From positions 553,797 to 617,796 of the forward strand of contig CAZVXT010000001.1 of the NCBI GenBank assembly GCA_964631145.1: a stretch of DNA of 64,000 nt. Direction: 5' to 3'. The translations under genes and the position numbers were made by a program. This document shows, in pieces, positions 31,708 through 41,742 of the stretch (positions are counted from its first letter, which is position 1; each line of letters opens with the position of its first letter). The stretch comes from an uncultured Candidatus Saccharibacteria bacterium. Its GTDB lineage: Bacteria; Patescibacteriota; Doudnabacteria; UBA920. Below the pieces are notes generated by a model. It did not search any database and had not been told where the DNA came from. It worked only from the letters and a program-made list of their open reading frames with translations.

Positions 31708-32145
31708 ATGTTTTTGTACCCAGAAATAACCCCAGAATTTACAATTTTACACATTCAAGATAAAGTTATCGACAATCAAATTAGCTCTGGATTATTACAC
31801 CAGACCTTGCTGGATATGACTACAAAATTAGAACATGATTTATATATAGAGCTAATTAACGTTCCTGAATTGTGCGATTCGGCAATTGGAGCACTCATGG
31901 TAGTGGGCTCAATAATTAACAAATTGGGATACAGCTTATATATTTCAAATCCTAATAAATATATTTTAAATAGATTTTTACAAACAGGCTTAACTAATTT
32001 GGTAAAAATTACTTATAGATCTTACAATTACACGATCTTTTTACCTTTAGAATTGAAAGCAGATTTAAATGAAGATTTTATAAATATAGCTTTTCAAAAT
32101 ATATTTCAACTCCCGGTCCAGCAAACAAGCAATATGATAAATTAA
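31708..32145 (+). CDS. STAS/anti-anti-sigma-like protein (solo unit)
   Basis: V.ELCDSAIGALM...NPN..I...LQTGL; TTGACA at 31632, GGAGG SD, terminator. Confidence 0.6.
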   Translation: MFLYPEITPEFTILHIQDKVIDNQISSGLLHQTLLDMTTKLEHDLYIELINVPELCDSAIGALMVVGSIINKLGYSLYISNPNKYILNRFLQTGLTNLVKITYRSYNYTIFLPLELKADLNEDFINIAFQNIFQLPVQQTSNMIN

Positions 32146-32181
32146 ATATATTCAAAAAACCCTTGTGTTAAACAAGGGTTT

Positions 32182-32778
32182 TTATTTATTATTTTTGCAA
32201 ATATAATTTAAATAATTTTTTTTATTAGGCTTAAACTCTTCAGAATATAAAATTTCAAAATTATTATCTGCTAATAATTTTTCTAATTCTTGACGAGAGT
32301 AAAAACTAAATAGTCTAGGTTCCGAAACCTTTGTTGAAGTGCGATATTCTTGTTTATCGCCCTCTATCATTCCTATCCCAAAAATCCCTTTTGGTTTTAA
32401 TACTCTTCTTACTTCTTGAAGTGCAAATGTAATTTGTTCTTTGCTTACGTGCAGCAAAGAAGTGTAAGCCCATACTCCATCAAAAGAATTATTATCAAAG
32501 GGTAAATTTAAAAAATCCGCAACTTCTGCATCTAATCCTCTAGTGCGCGCCAACCTAACCATTTCTTCTGAAGCATCTATACACACAACTTCTTTACTGT
32601 TCTGTTTTAAAATTAATCCATCCCTACCTGGACCACAACCAACATCTAATATTTTTTTACTAGAAGCATTAATAAAATAATCAAAAAATGTTTTTGGAAA
32701 TCTTTCCCAAAAATCTACAGTCTCTTGATCATACTGCTCTGCAAAATTGTTGTATGCCTTTATTGTTTGGCTATCCAT
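32182..32778 (-). CDS. class I SAM-dependent methyltransferase
   Basis: ILDVGCGPGRD, FDGVWA..SLLH, LKPKG. Confidence 0.9.
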   Translation of the reverse strand: MDSQTIKAYNNFAEQYDQETVDFWERFPKTFFDYFINASSKKILDVGCGPGRDGLILKQNSKEVVCIDASEEMVRLARTRGLDAEVADFLNLPFDNNSFDGVWAYTSLLHVSKEQITFALQEVRRVLKPKGIFGIGMIEGDKQEYRTSTKVSEPRLFSFYSRQELEKLLADNNFEILYSEEFKPNKKNYLNYICKNNK

Positions 32779-32786
32779 AGCAGTGA

Positions 32787-33296
32787 TTATAAATAATAAG
32801 GTAAAATACACTCGCTCCTATTAAAGCAACATGGACGTCTTTTACCCATTTTTAATTTTGAGTGCGTAATGTTAATTCTACGCTTTCTAGTTTCTGGATT
32901 TTTTGTAGAATCTATCCACCTAATCCAATCCCATCTCGCCATAGGAGTAATATCATTCCACAACTTCTTAACTTCTAAATCTTTGTTTAATTCTACTTTC
33001 AAGTCTTTAGGAACTTCAGGTTCGGTCCAATCTTTAACAACCTCTAATTCAATATTTGCTAAATGTGCTGGCTTTAACTTTACAGAACTTGCTAGTTTTT
33101 TATCTAGAACCAAAAAATGCCCACCCTTACCATCTGGCTCTAAAGGCTTTTGAATTGTTTGATTATTAATGACAGCACTGACCATAACCATACCTCTCGA
33201 AGGCATTTTAGCGCTAACCGATTTTGGCAAAACAAAAATCTGTATATCACTATTATTATAATTAGTTAATTTAGTTTGAAATTTAATTTTAGACAT
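32787..33296 (-). CDS. YdeI/OmpD-associated (DUF1905) protein
   Basis: PSRG, EPDGKGGH, VPKDL, WIRWI..TK.PETR.RRI, RPCCF. Confidence 0.85.
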   Translation of the reverse strand: MSKIKFQTKLTNYNNSDIQIFVLPKSVSAKMPSRGMVMVSAVINNQTIQKPLEPDGKGGHFLVLDKKLASSVKLKPAHLANIELEVVKDWTEPEVPKDLKVELNKDLEVKKLWNDITPMARWDWIRWIDSTKNPETRKRRINITHSKLKMGKRRPCCFNRSECILPYYL

Positions 33297-33299
33297 AAA

Positions 33300-33959
33300 C
33301 TATAGTATGGTTAATAAATCTTTTAAGTTTGTAATAGTACAATCCACCTCATTACTTTCAATAAGCCCATCTTCATTTTTGTACCAAATAGTTTTCATTC
33401 CTAACAATCGCGCTGGAAGCAATCCTCTTTCTACATTATCATCAATCATTATAGAAGTATCAAATTCCGCCCCAACTCCAGACAAAACAGTTTTAAAAAT
33501 TTCAGGATTAGGTTTATCAACTCCTAAATGTCCTGACATATCGGCTGTATGCAAAAATTGCAATAGCCCTGCAGATTCTAATTTATTTTTTGCGACAACA
33601 GACTGATTGGCAATGATACCTAGTTTATATTTTTTAGATAATTGTTGCAAGGTCTCAAATGCTTCCATCCTTATAGGTTGGTCGTAATATTGTGGGGCGT
33701 TTGTATAAGAAGACTTTAAATCAAGCAAGGCATTTTCAATATTATTAGAATTTACAAATATTTTTATAACATTTTCATCCAAAGATCCATCCATAGCACT
33801 TGCCCTCTTCCATTGTTGCTTAATATCATCCATGGTCAGATTAAAAGAATATTTTTGAATTATAGATAAATCATTTTTTTGTCTCCAATTCAAAAAACTA
33901 GATTCGTCTATTAATACTCCCCCGACATCAAAAAATAACCATTTAATACTTTCAAACAT
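33300..33959 (-). CDS. HAD family hydrolase
   Basis: FDVGGVL, KP.PEIF, MIDD. Confidence 0.88.
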   Translation of the reverse strand: MFESIKWLFFDVGGVLIDESSFLNWRQKNDLSIIQKYSFNLTMDDIKQQWKRASAMDGSLDENVIKIFVNSNNIENALLDLKSSYTNAPQYYDQPIRMEAFETLQQLSKKYKLGIIANQSVVAKNKLESAGLLQFLHTADMSGHLGVDKPNPEIFKTVLSGVGAEFDTSIMIDDNVERGLLPARLLGMKTIWYKNEDGLIESNEVDCTITNLKDLLTIL

Positions 33960-34055
33960 TTAGATAGATTTATTAGTTTCAATTGATATTAGTATAACAA
34001 AACTTTCAATTAATCAAATTTAAAAGCACAACTGACTAGTTGTGTTATAAACTTT

Positions 34056-34556
34056 CTAAAAATTTTCTTTATCCCAAATTAAAATAGAATAAATGCCAAT
34101 TATCAAAGCTCCCACTGCTATTAATATCGCTGAAAAAAAGAAAATGTTACTCACTAAATAAGTAGACTGCAGTAAATTTAATCTAAATAATATTTGATTC
34201 CAATCATGAGAATCAACATCTCCTGTTAATAAAGGCAATCTCATCGCCAAAGCATCGCCTGCATAAACAGAAACATTAATTAAATTAATAGCTGTCCAAT
34301 AAATCATTATAACCACTGCTTCCCATTGTTGCCGTGCAAACAAAAAGTATCCAGCACAAATTAACGGCACTAAAATTTGCAATACTGATCCTCCTAGTAT
34401 TGTCATAAACTCGCCAAACAACATAAAAATTACATGACCTGCTTCATGGAATAGCAAATCTACATTATCTATAAAATGCCATGACAGCGATGTGTTTGCA
34501 TAATACAGAACATAGATAAATCCAAAAATAATGACTAAGAGTTTAAATATTTTCAT
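34056..34556 (-). CDS. membrane protein with HEAGH motif (M50-like)
   Basis: FHEAGH, LGG, Y..DA, HDW. Confidence 0.75.
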   Translation of the reverse strand: MKIFKLLVIIFGFIYVLYYANTSLSWHFIDNVDLLFHEAGHVIFMLFGEFMTILGGSVLQILVPLICAGYFLFARQQWEAVVIMIYWTAINLINVSVYAGDALAMRLPLLTGDVDSHDWNQILFRLNLLQSTYLVSNIFFFSAILIAVGALIIGIYSILIWDKENF

Positions 34557-34659
34557 ATTATTATTTTACCAAACAATTATCTTATAAACTTATGAGAAAA
34601 CTTATACTTGACATTTATATTTATATATGATATAATATCGAAAAATAGGAGGAATTTTT

Positions 34660-34986
34660 ATGAAAACTATTATCCACATCGACGATGATGAAACTTGGAG
34701 AAATTGGGTTGCTTATATTTTAGATAAAGCTGGGTATAAGCTATCATCTTTTAATAACATTAAAGATGCTAATGATTTTATATCTCAAAATGATATTTCT
34801 TTGGTGATCACAGATGGCAACATTGAGTCTGATAATGATGGTTATATTTTGGCAAAAGACTTGTATGAAAGTAAAAATAATGTTTTGCTTTTATCTGGTA
34901 AACACTACGAAAATATACCATTAATAAAAAAACTAGGATTTAATGAAAATAGTTTTTTGCAAATAGTTAAAAACATAATAGAATGA
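34660..34986 (+). CDS. stand-alone response-regulator receiver domain (solo unit)
   Basis: HIDDD, LVITD, DG, LLSG, K; TTGACA-N17-TATAAT at 34608, AGGAGG SD. Confidence 0.8.
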   Translation: MKTIIHIDDDETWRNWVAYILDKAGYKLSSFNNIKDANDFISQNDISLVITDGNIESDNDGYILAKDLYESKNNVLLLSGKHYENIPLIKKLGFNENSFLQIVKNIIE

Positions 34987-35134
34987 GACAATGCTCATTC
35001 TTTTTTTATAAAAATTGATTTCATTTTATAAATGCATTAAGAGCATTAATCTTTTATTGACAAATTACCATTCCTATAATAAAGTAGTTAGTTATCTTAA
35101 TTGATAACATAAAAATAAGGAGTGTCATAAATAT

Positions 35135-35314
35135 ATGGTTCTTGAAGGCAAAATGAAATTAACATTAGAAGAGTTAATTGAAACTTTAACTAATGATGGA
35201 TAAATCCAAAAAATGTTTGAATTTGTTCGCTACCTTGAAAGATACGGCGAAACTTACGGAAAAGTCAGAGATCAACATAGAGTTGTATCGATAACAGCGC
35301 ACAATAATAGTTAA
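35135..35314 (+). pseudogene. degraded small gene inside a solo unit
   Basis: TTGACA at 35057, AAGGAG SD, ATG, then frameshift and internal stop; intact terminator ~35341-35377. Confidence 0.45.
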
Positions 35315-35375
35315 GTAGATTAAATCGGTAATGCAAGTATAAAAATAAGGCGATAAATTTTATCGCCTTTTTATT

Positions 35376-35984
35376 TTATACAACTATTTTTAAAATATCT
35401 AAAGAAATTAAATCGATTCTTAATTGTTCTGCACTTTTATATAATAACGGCATATACCCAATTTTATCTGCACCTCTCAAAGATTGTGGAGAATCGTCAA
35501 TAAAAACTAATTCAGAAGGAGAAACTCCCAATTTATCAAATAACACTTGATAAGCTTGTGGATCGGGTTTTTGAAAACCAATTTCTGCAGATATCAAAAA
35601 AGTATCAAAGTGTTTATCCAAACCTTCTTCCTTTAAAAAAATTCCATTGCTACGAGTATTATTACTTAATAAACCGACTTTTAGTCCAGATTGCTTTAGT
35701 TTCTCTACTATATCAATTACTTGTTGGTTTATTTCCGCTTTACCATTTTCAACTAAATAATCTACAACATTTTTAAAATATTGTTCTTTATTAATTTGCT
35801 TAAGAATAATCTCCCACAATTCCCTATAAGAAATATCTCCTAGATTTGATAACTTGTTATGCTCAAAATAAACCGATTTTAAATCGTCTAAAGGAAAATT
35901 AATTATGCGTGAAATATCAGGAATCATCGGTTTGTGCATACTAATTACTCCCCCATAATCAAATCCCACAGCTTTTATATTCAT
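35376..35984 (-). CDS. HAD family phosphatase (YihX-like)
   Basis: FDYGGV, LLSN, KPDP, FIDD. Confidence 0.88.
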   Translation of the reverse strand: MNIKAVGFDYGGVISMHKPMIPDISRIINFPLDDLKSVYFEHNKLSNLGDISYRELWEIILKQINKEQYFKNVVDYLVENGKAEINQQVIDIVEKLKQSGLKVGLLSNNTRSNGIFLKEEGLDKHFDTFLISAEIGFQKPDPQAYQVLFDKLGVSPSELVFIDDSPQSLRGADKIGYMPLLYKSAEQLRIDLISLDILKIVV

Positions 35985-36091
35985 GATGTTATTTTATCAA
36001 ATCCCTACATTTTCTAAAAATAAACCAGAATTGACTTAATTATCATAATAGTATATAATTCTATGAAATTTTAAATTGGAGGATTTGAAAA

Positions 36092-36664
36092 ATGGACATA
36101 TCAAGTATTACAAATATTCAACGAAGCCTAAATTTTACAGAAAGAATAATAAATATTTTACAATGGTTATCAATTGTAGGTATATTAACCGGAATTGTTA
36201 ATTTTATTTTATATTTACCGCTGGGATACTTTTTTCTACCATGGTGGACCATTATTGCTTTTTGTGCAATGTTTATAGCAATGACGATTCTAGGTGTTCA
36301 AAAGTCACATATAAACACTGCACGTATAAATATAGATGGTAAAATAACCATTATAAAAGCCGAGGTAACGCTGTTTGATATTGAAAATATCGAAAGCAAG
36401 CTAAATCTTAGCAATAAAAATAAGGAAGAAAAGTTAAGAATAATCACAGAAGCGCTCGATACCTTACAACAAGTATTGAAAGCTAACTCTTTTTTAGAAA
36501 TTTTTAACAAGAAAAAAGTAAAAATACCAGAGGTTGTAAAAACAGTGGTTCCGCAAAATACATTAAACTTAATCCATCAATATGAAGAAGGTGAAATATC
36601 TGTGGTATATATGCATCACCATGTTAGTGGAGTTAAAGAAATATTTAAAAAATTATATACATAA
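36092..36664 (+). CDS. hypothetical membrane protein (solo unit)
   Basis: Two TMs; TTGACT-N17-TATAAT at 36031, GGAGG SD, terminator. Confidence 0.7.
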   Translation: MDISSITNIQRSLNFTERIINILQWLSIVGILTGIVNFILYLPLGYFFLPWWTIIAFCAMFIAMTILGVQKSHINTARINIDGKITIIKAEVTLFDIENIESKLNLSNKNKEEKLRIITEALDTLQQVLKANSFLEIFNKKKVKIPEVVKTVVPQNTLNLIHQYEEGEISVVYMHHHVSGVKEIFKKLYT

Positions 36665-36785
36665 TAAAATATATCATAGAGCATATAAGCTCTATTTTTT
36701 GTATATTTTTTAGTAAAAAATAAACATCAATATAATATTTTTAAAAATTAAAAAGCACTCTTATTTCAAAAGTGCTTTATTGTTA

Positions 36786-37616
36786 TCAAAAAGTTTGCAA
36801 AGTTATTCTTGCATCAAGATTTGGAGTGCGAGATATAGATTTCTTTCTTTGATTCTGCCTTTTTATCTTTGTGCGTAAATACTTGGCAATTTTTTTATTA
36901 TATTCATCTATATTATTCTTATAATCAAATGTCCAAAAGAGATTATCAAGAATTTTGCCATGCCTTGCGGCAATTTTTGCCGAAGTTAATTTACTGGTGC
37001 AAAATTTGCCATTTACCGTAAAACGCATACATTTGGACCTCTTATCAAACCTAAGTCCGGGCTTATCAAAGACAAAACCGAACGTTAAGTTATTCCAATT
37101 CTCTTTCCAAACAGCATGGTCATAAGGAATATGTAAATCGAAAAAGAACATAACTATTACTTCGACAACATAACCCGGCCACCCACATTCGGCAGCGCCA
37201 TATGGTGTAATCATTCCAAAATTTTTATTCCTACCTAATATTTTTTTAAATGCTGGCAAAGCCGCTGTCGAGTTATAAGCAGCATTAACAAAGTGTATCG
37301 GGTAAGAATATTTGCCTAGTAATTTTGCCAAATCTACATAAGTAATAACACGAAATTGTTCTTCAACGGTAAAAGTCCATCCTTCCGAATTTCCATAACC
37401 CATATAGATCAGCATTAATGGCTCATCTGGTTTTTGTAATTCCAATCTTTGTTCAAGCTGTTTAATAATTTCTTGAGTATCCAAACTCCCTAAGATGACG
37501 TAAATGTCTTCTTCGTTTAAGTTTGTATGCTCAGTCAGTTTGTCTTTTGTTCTTATAGCCGCATTAGGTAGCATATCTTTACTATCTATGCCGCCAATAA
37601 TAATCGCTTTAGACAT
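36786..37616 (-). CDS. hypothetical protein, possibly a degenerate caspase/C13-like fold (solo unit)
   Basis: LMLIYMGYG...GW and FVNAAYNS resemble Y.GHG and DACxS with the catalytic H/C replaced; own promoter and AGGAGG SD. Confidence 0.6.
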   Translation of the reverse strand: MSKAIIIGGIDSKDMLPNAAIRTKDKLTEHTNLNEEDIYVILGSLDTQEIIKQLEQRLELQKPDEPLMLIYMGYGNSEGWTFTVEEQFRVITYVDLAKLLGKYSYPIHFVNAAYNSTAALPAFKKILGRNKNFGMITPYGAAECGWPGYVVEVIVMFFFDLHIPYDHAVWKENWNNLTFGFVFDKPGLRFDKRSKCMRFTVNGKFCTSKLTSAKIAARHGKILDNLFWTFDYKNNIDEYNKKIAKYLRTKIKRQNQRKKSISRTPNLDARITLQTF

Positions 37617-37776
37617 ATTTTTCCTCCTAATATATTCAAAATATTCTTTTAAAGAACAGATTATTATAGCGAATATTTAAGGGCTTGTCAAAGCATGGAG
37701 AATTTATACGGATGAATTAAAGTAAATATTTATTATTAAATAAATACCAATACAAAAAAATCGCTATGAAGGCGAT

Positions 37777-37977
37777 TTAATGTGCGGCTCTCAACTTTGC
37801 TGCTTTTTCAACAACCTTTCTTTGATCTCTGTTTGCTTCCTTTACCACCTTTTCTATGACTTTTTTCTTATAAGACGATGAGGCATCATGAGAGAACCTA
37901 GAAAATTTGCTTTGCTTTATTTTATTTACCTTACCGCTAGTACCAAATATTTTATTTAAAAAATCCATCATATTCAT
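37777..37977 (-). CDS. small basic protein coupled to the zeta-toxin-like gene
   Basis: ATGA overlap with the upstream gene; FSRF..ASS..KKKV...A..DQ. Confidence 0.65.
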   Translation of the reverse strand: MNMMDFLNKIFGTSGKVNKIKQSKFSRFSHDASSSYKKKVIEKVVKEANRDQRKVVEKAAKLRAAH

Positions 37978-38675
37978 TCGATTAATTTTCTAAGCTCGTC
38001 TTCATTATAAAAAATGTCTAGATGATTGTCAATATTTTCAATATCTAATCTTGTCTTACCAATATCATTATCATAATCTTTAATTACTAAATTTAACCTG
38101 ATTTGATGTCCAAAATCATTTTTTAACTTATTGACATTATTTTTTGAGGAGACAAAACCATTAATAAAAGCATCTTTTGTAATGTTTCTTCCTTCTAATA
38201 ATTCTCGATCTTGTGTGAACTTCCAAGCTATTATCGGATCCTGATACAAATAATATATTTCAATATAATTTCTGTATCGTAAACTTAACTCAATATTAGA
38301 TTTAGCAACAACGTAATTTGCCATTGTACCATCCAATACAAAGTTTTGATTATTTTTTAAAACAAAGTTATAAATTTCTGAAACACCAATACTTATTGCA
38401 TTTTGAAATAAATAAGCATTTGTACCATTATATATTTCAGAGGGCAAAGTATTTCTAATTTCATCCGGATCAATTCTCACCACACCATCACCTAGTTCTT
38501 TAATCAAATCTTTTGAAAATTCAGTTTTACCTGCACCTGGTGAACCAGCCATAAATACTGAAGCTGGCTTATCATCCGGTAAATAAATTTTTACATTAGC
38601 AAATTTATTAATTAAATCGTTTTTAGACTTACGAATATGTTTCGCTGCTTGCTTAGATAATTCTTCATCTTTCAT
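37974..38675 (-). CDS. zeta toxin family P-loop kinase
   Basis: MAGSPGAGKTE, RIDPDEIR, LDGT, EGR.I; true start MKDEEL (the track start lies inside tRNA-Trp). Confidence 0.85.
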   Translation of the reverse strand: MKDEELSKQAAKHIRKSKNDLINKFANVKIYLPDDKPASVFMAGSPGAGKTEFSKDLIKELGDGVVRIDPDEIRNTLPSEIYNGTNAYLFQNAISIGVSEIYNFVLKNNQNFVLDGTMANYVVAKSNIELSLRYRNYIEIYYLYQDPIIAWKFTQDRELLEGRNITKDAFINGFVSSKNNVNKLKNDFGHQIRLNLVIKDYDNDIGKTRLDIENIDNHLDIFYNEDELRKLIE

Positions 38676-38716
38676 AAACTCATCATAACAAAAAACCGCC
38701 TTCACGGCGATTTTTG

Positions 38717-38790
38717 TGGCAGGGGCTGTAGGAATCGAACCTACGCAAATGGTTTTGGAGACCATTGTACTACCATTATACGAAGCCCCC
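38717..38790 (-). tRNA. tRNA-Trp(CCA)
   Basis: Cloverleaf, anticodon loop CTCCAAA, GGTTCGATTCC, encoded CCA. Confidence 0.95.
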
Positions 38791-38842
38791 TGGTTTTTTA
38801 ATTATATCAAACAGCCCTTCCGAACTCGAAAGGGCCAATTGA

Positions 38843-38998
38843 TTACTTAGTTTCTTTATGCAAAGTTTGCTTGCGGCAACGGTTGCAATATTTCTTGATT
38901 TCTAGTCTGGCTTGAGTGTTCTTTTTATTCTTACGAGTTGCGTAATTTAAATTGTGACACTCAGTACATTCCATATCAATACGACGGTCTTGTGACAT
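38843..38998 (-). CDS. rpmG: 50S ribosomal protein L33 (zinc-binding type; not in ORF track)
   Basis: [51 protein letters not shown]. Confidence 0.95.
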   Translation of the reverse strand: MSQDRRIDMECTECHNLNYATRKNKKNTQARLEIKKYCNRCRKQTLHKETK

Positions 38999-39104
38999 AG
39001 TAGCTTCTTAATTTCTTAATTAAATGTGTCCCATGCAGGCAAATGTTAAACCTAGAATATTCTAGAGTTAGCATAAGCCAACATGATTGCTTAGATTAAA
39101 TTTC

Positions 39105-39180
39105 TGGAGCCGGCTGTCGGACTCGAACCGACCACCTACGGTTTACAAAACCGTTGCTCTACCGGATGAGCTAAGCCGGC
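39105..39180 (-). tRNA. tRNA-Thr(TGT)
   Basis: GCCGGCT acceptor, anticodon loop TTTGTAA, encoded CCA. Confidence 0.95.
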
Positions 39181-39461
39181 ACGACTCTTATAAAATTTAC
39201 TAAATTATTGTACCAGGTTTGACAAGTTTTGTCCAATCTTTTATGATTAGACGGTCTCACACATCTAAGAACTGCAAACAGTTACGAATAGCGGCAAAAA
39301 CACCCGTACCTCTATCTCCCACTCAATCCATAGGAGGAATCCGATTTTACCACTCCACATCAATCTAAACAGGGCAAGTCGGGCTCACATTTTTCTACAC
39401 CAAAAGCATTGCTTTTGGTTTTATTTTTTGCTAAAATCAATTCAATTTGTAGGAGGTAAAT

Positions 39462-39959
39462 ATGAATTTTATTGATAATTTTTTAGATAAAATATTTGAT
39501 CAGTTAGCTTTGCAAGCCAGCAATGCCAAACTAATCTTAAAACAGTTTTCTGCCAAAAATCTTGGTATTATTTGTGGAGGCAAAAACCCAAATTTTGATC
39601 AAGATCCAAAGCATCGCATTGTTGGCGTATGGACATATTGTTCAAACTGCAAATGGTTTGGTTTTACAGACGTAATAGACCCATGGTCATACAATAGTCA
39701 TTCTGATTGCGAAAATTGCTATGCCAGAATAGATTATTCGCCCAGACAAATTTTTGGTTTTAGCCTAGCTTACATAAACATGAAGCACCAAATTTTGTCC
39801 CAAAGACCAAGCAACAAAAACAAGTTAATGACCTTTGCAAAATGTTTATGGCAAAGCAGAACCACAGAAGAAATTCCTGAGCATCAAGAAGGCAAAACAT
39901 GGTCAGAATTAGAAAGAGACGCTGTATTAAAAATTAGCGTGGCGTGGCTACTTCAATAA
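39462..39959 (+). CDS. hypothetical CxxC-containing protein (solo unit within tRNA cluster)
   Basis: CSNC and CENC pairs; AGGAGG SD; terminator ~39964-39991. Confidence 0.7.
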   Translation: MNFIDNFLDKIFDQLALQASNAKLILKQFSAKNLGIICGGKNPNFDQDPKHRIVGVWTYCSNCKWFGFTDVIDPWSYNSHSDCENCYARIDYSPRQIFGFSLAYINMKHQILSQRPSNKNKLMTFAKCLWQSRTTEEIPEHQEGKTWSELERDAVLKISVAWLLQ

Positions 39960-40028
39960 ACCTTAAACACGGAAGTTATCCGTGTTTTTTTATTAAAACA
40001 AAAACAGCCTGGCGAGACTGTCTTTGTT

Positions 40029-40115
40029 TGGTGGGCAGGACAGGATTCGAACCTGTGAAGGCACAAGGCCGGCTGATTTACAGTCAGCTGCGTTTGACCG
40101 CTTCGCTACCTACCC
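40029..40115 (-). tRNA. tRNA-Tyr(GTA)
   Basis: Long variable arm, anticodon loop CTGTAAA, encoded CCA. Confidence 0.95.
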
Positions 40116-40124
40116 ATATTTTTC

Positions 40125-40200
40125 TGGAGCCGTTGTCCGGGATCGAACCGGAGACCTTCTCCTTACCATGGAGATGCTCTACCGACTGAGCTACAACGGC
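40125..40200 (-). tRNA. tRNA-Thr(GGT)
   Basis: GCCGTTG acceptor, anticodon loop ATGGTAA, encoded CCA. Confidence 0.95.
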
Positions 40201-40301
40201 AAACTACTTGAAAATATTTATAAGGCTTAGGCTACAAAAGTTAATAAATAGGAATATATTAACTTAATAATATTACTAAAATATCTATAATTTTTCAAGT
40301 A

Positions 40302-41072
40302 CTAATTAGGATTTTTTGATTCTAATTCAAATTTATAGTCTTGGTACTTTTTATTGTTTGGGTCCAATGATAATGCAGTGCTTATAGAATTAATTGCCGA
40401 GGCAAATTCGCCTAGCCCACTTTGTGCCAAAGCCAAATTAAAGAATCTACCAGGGTTACTATTATCCAAATCAACAGCTCTTTGATAGCTAGAAACAGAC
40501 TTAGAAAAATCTTTAACATGCAAACTTACCAGCCCGAGCCTTGCCCAATAGCTCACTTCTGTTGGAGCGTGATTAGTTAAATACTCGTACAAAGGAACTG
40601 CTTCATCAAACTTCTTTTCTTTGATGTAATATTGTCCTAACAAATCATAATTTACGAAGTTTTTAGGATTTTTGCGAATTTGCTGAATATAATATCCCTC
40701 ATCCTTAACTAAAATAGCAAATTTATCTTGTTCTTTTTCGGTTCCCAAAATCTTTTTAAAGTTATAGCGGACTTTAGGTCCAGGTTTAAGACCTTTTGCT
40801 TCTAATAAAAATTGGGTTAATTTATGAAAAATTACAACAAAAAAATTCTTAGTTTTAGAAAAACTAATGAACGGCAATCCTTTGGACCTAAGTGTTTTGT
40901 CTAAAGAATGACTCACTGCAATGTTAGAGCTAACATTCTTAGTCTCAACGTTGGCAGTGGCTTCTGGGAGTTTACGCAAAAACCACACCACCAATCCAAG
41001 TACAGATAATATAAATACTAAATTAAAAATTAAATTAAAGGCCAACACAAATAAATTTAAAAATAGAGTCAA
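40302..41072 (-). CDS. membrane-anchored TPR protein
   Basis: N-terminal TM and C-terminal TPR repeats. Confidence 0.8.
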   Translation of the reverse strand: MTLFLNLFVLAFNLIFNLVFILSVLGLVVWFLRKLPEATANVETKNVSSNIAVSHSLDKTLRSKGLPFISFSKTKNFFVVIFHKLTQFLLEAKGLKPGPKVRYNFKKILGTEKEQDKFAILVKDEGYYIQQIRKNPKNFVNYDLLGQYYIKEKKFDEAVPLYEYLTNHAPTEVSYWARLGLVSLHVKDFSKSVSSYQRAVDLDNSNPGRFFNLALAQSGLGEFASAINSISTALSLDPNNKKYQDYKFELESKNPN

Positions 41073-41101
41073 AATTAGGTTTTGACTCTATTATTATAAC
41101 A

Positions 41102-41686
41102 TTAACTACCAAGGATAAATCTAGAAAATCTGCGAACCTGAATATTTTCGCCCATTTTTCCTGTTGCTTCACCAAGAAGTTCTGCAACTGTTTTTGAACT
41201 ATCTTTAACGTAAGGTTGATTTAGAAGACAAACTTCTTCGAAATACTTCTGGACTTTACCTTCTAGCATTTTTTCTAAGATGTCAGCAGGTTTATCACCA
41301 GCCTGTTCTTTGTAGATTTCTTTTTCTTTTTCTACAACTTCACTAGGAACTTGTTCGCTAGAAACATACAAAGGATTACTTGCTGCAATATGCAATGCCA
41401 AACCTTTTGCTAGTTCTTTAAAATCTTCTGTGCGAGCCACAAAGTCTGTCTCACAGTTAAGCTCCACCAATGCTCCAATACGTCCGCCAGCATGAATATA
41501 ACTTTCGATCACACCTTCGTTGGCGATGCGATCAGCTTTTTTAGCTTGCTTTGCCAAACCTTTTTTACGCAAAATTTCTAAAGCTTTATCTTGATCACCA
41601 CCAGCTTCTTCTAAAGCTTCTTTTACATCTACAATTCCAGCTCCAGTTTGTTCGCGCAAGGATTTTAATAAATTGTTATCAGCCAT
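41102..41686 (-). CDS. tsf: elongation factor Ts (short form)
   Basis: LREQTGAG, ELNCETDFVART. Confidence 0.97.
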   Translation of the reverse strand: MADNNLLKSLREQTGAGIVDVKEALEEAGGDQDKALEILRKKGLAKQAKKADRIANEGVIESYIHAGGRIGALVELNCETDFVARTEDFKELAKGLALHIAASNPLYVSSEQVPSEVVEKEKEIYKEQAGDKPADILEKMLEGKVQKYFEEVCLLNQPYVKDSSKTVAELLGEATGKMGENIQVRRFSRFILGS

Positions 41687-41742
41687 AAATTTAATTTAAA
41701 TTAATTTTTTATTTTGCCTTAATAGGTTTAAAACTTGATTGA

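Noticed and set aside
38676-38765. N-terminal extension of the zeta-like ORF, and plus-strand ORFs at 39944-40230 and 24057-24245
   Set aside because: These are spurious translations of tRNA genes and RNase P RNA.
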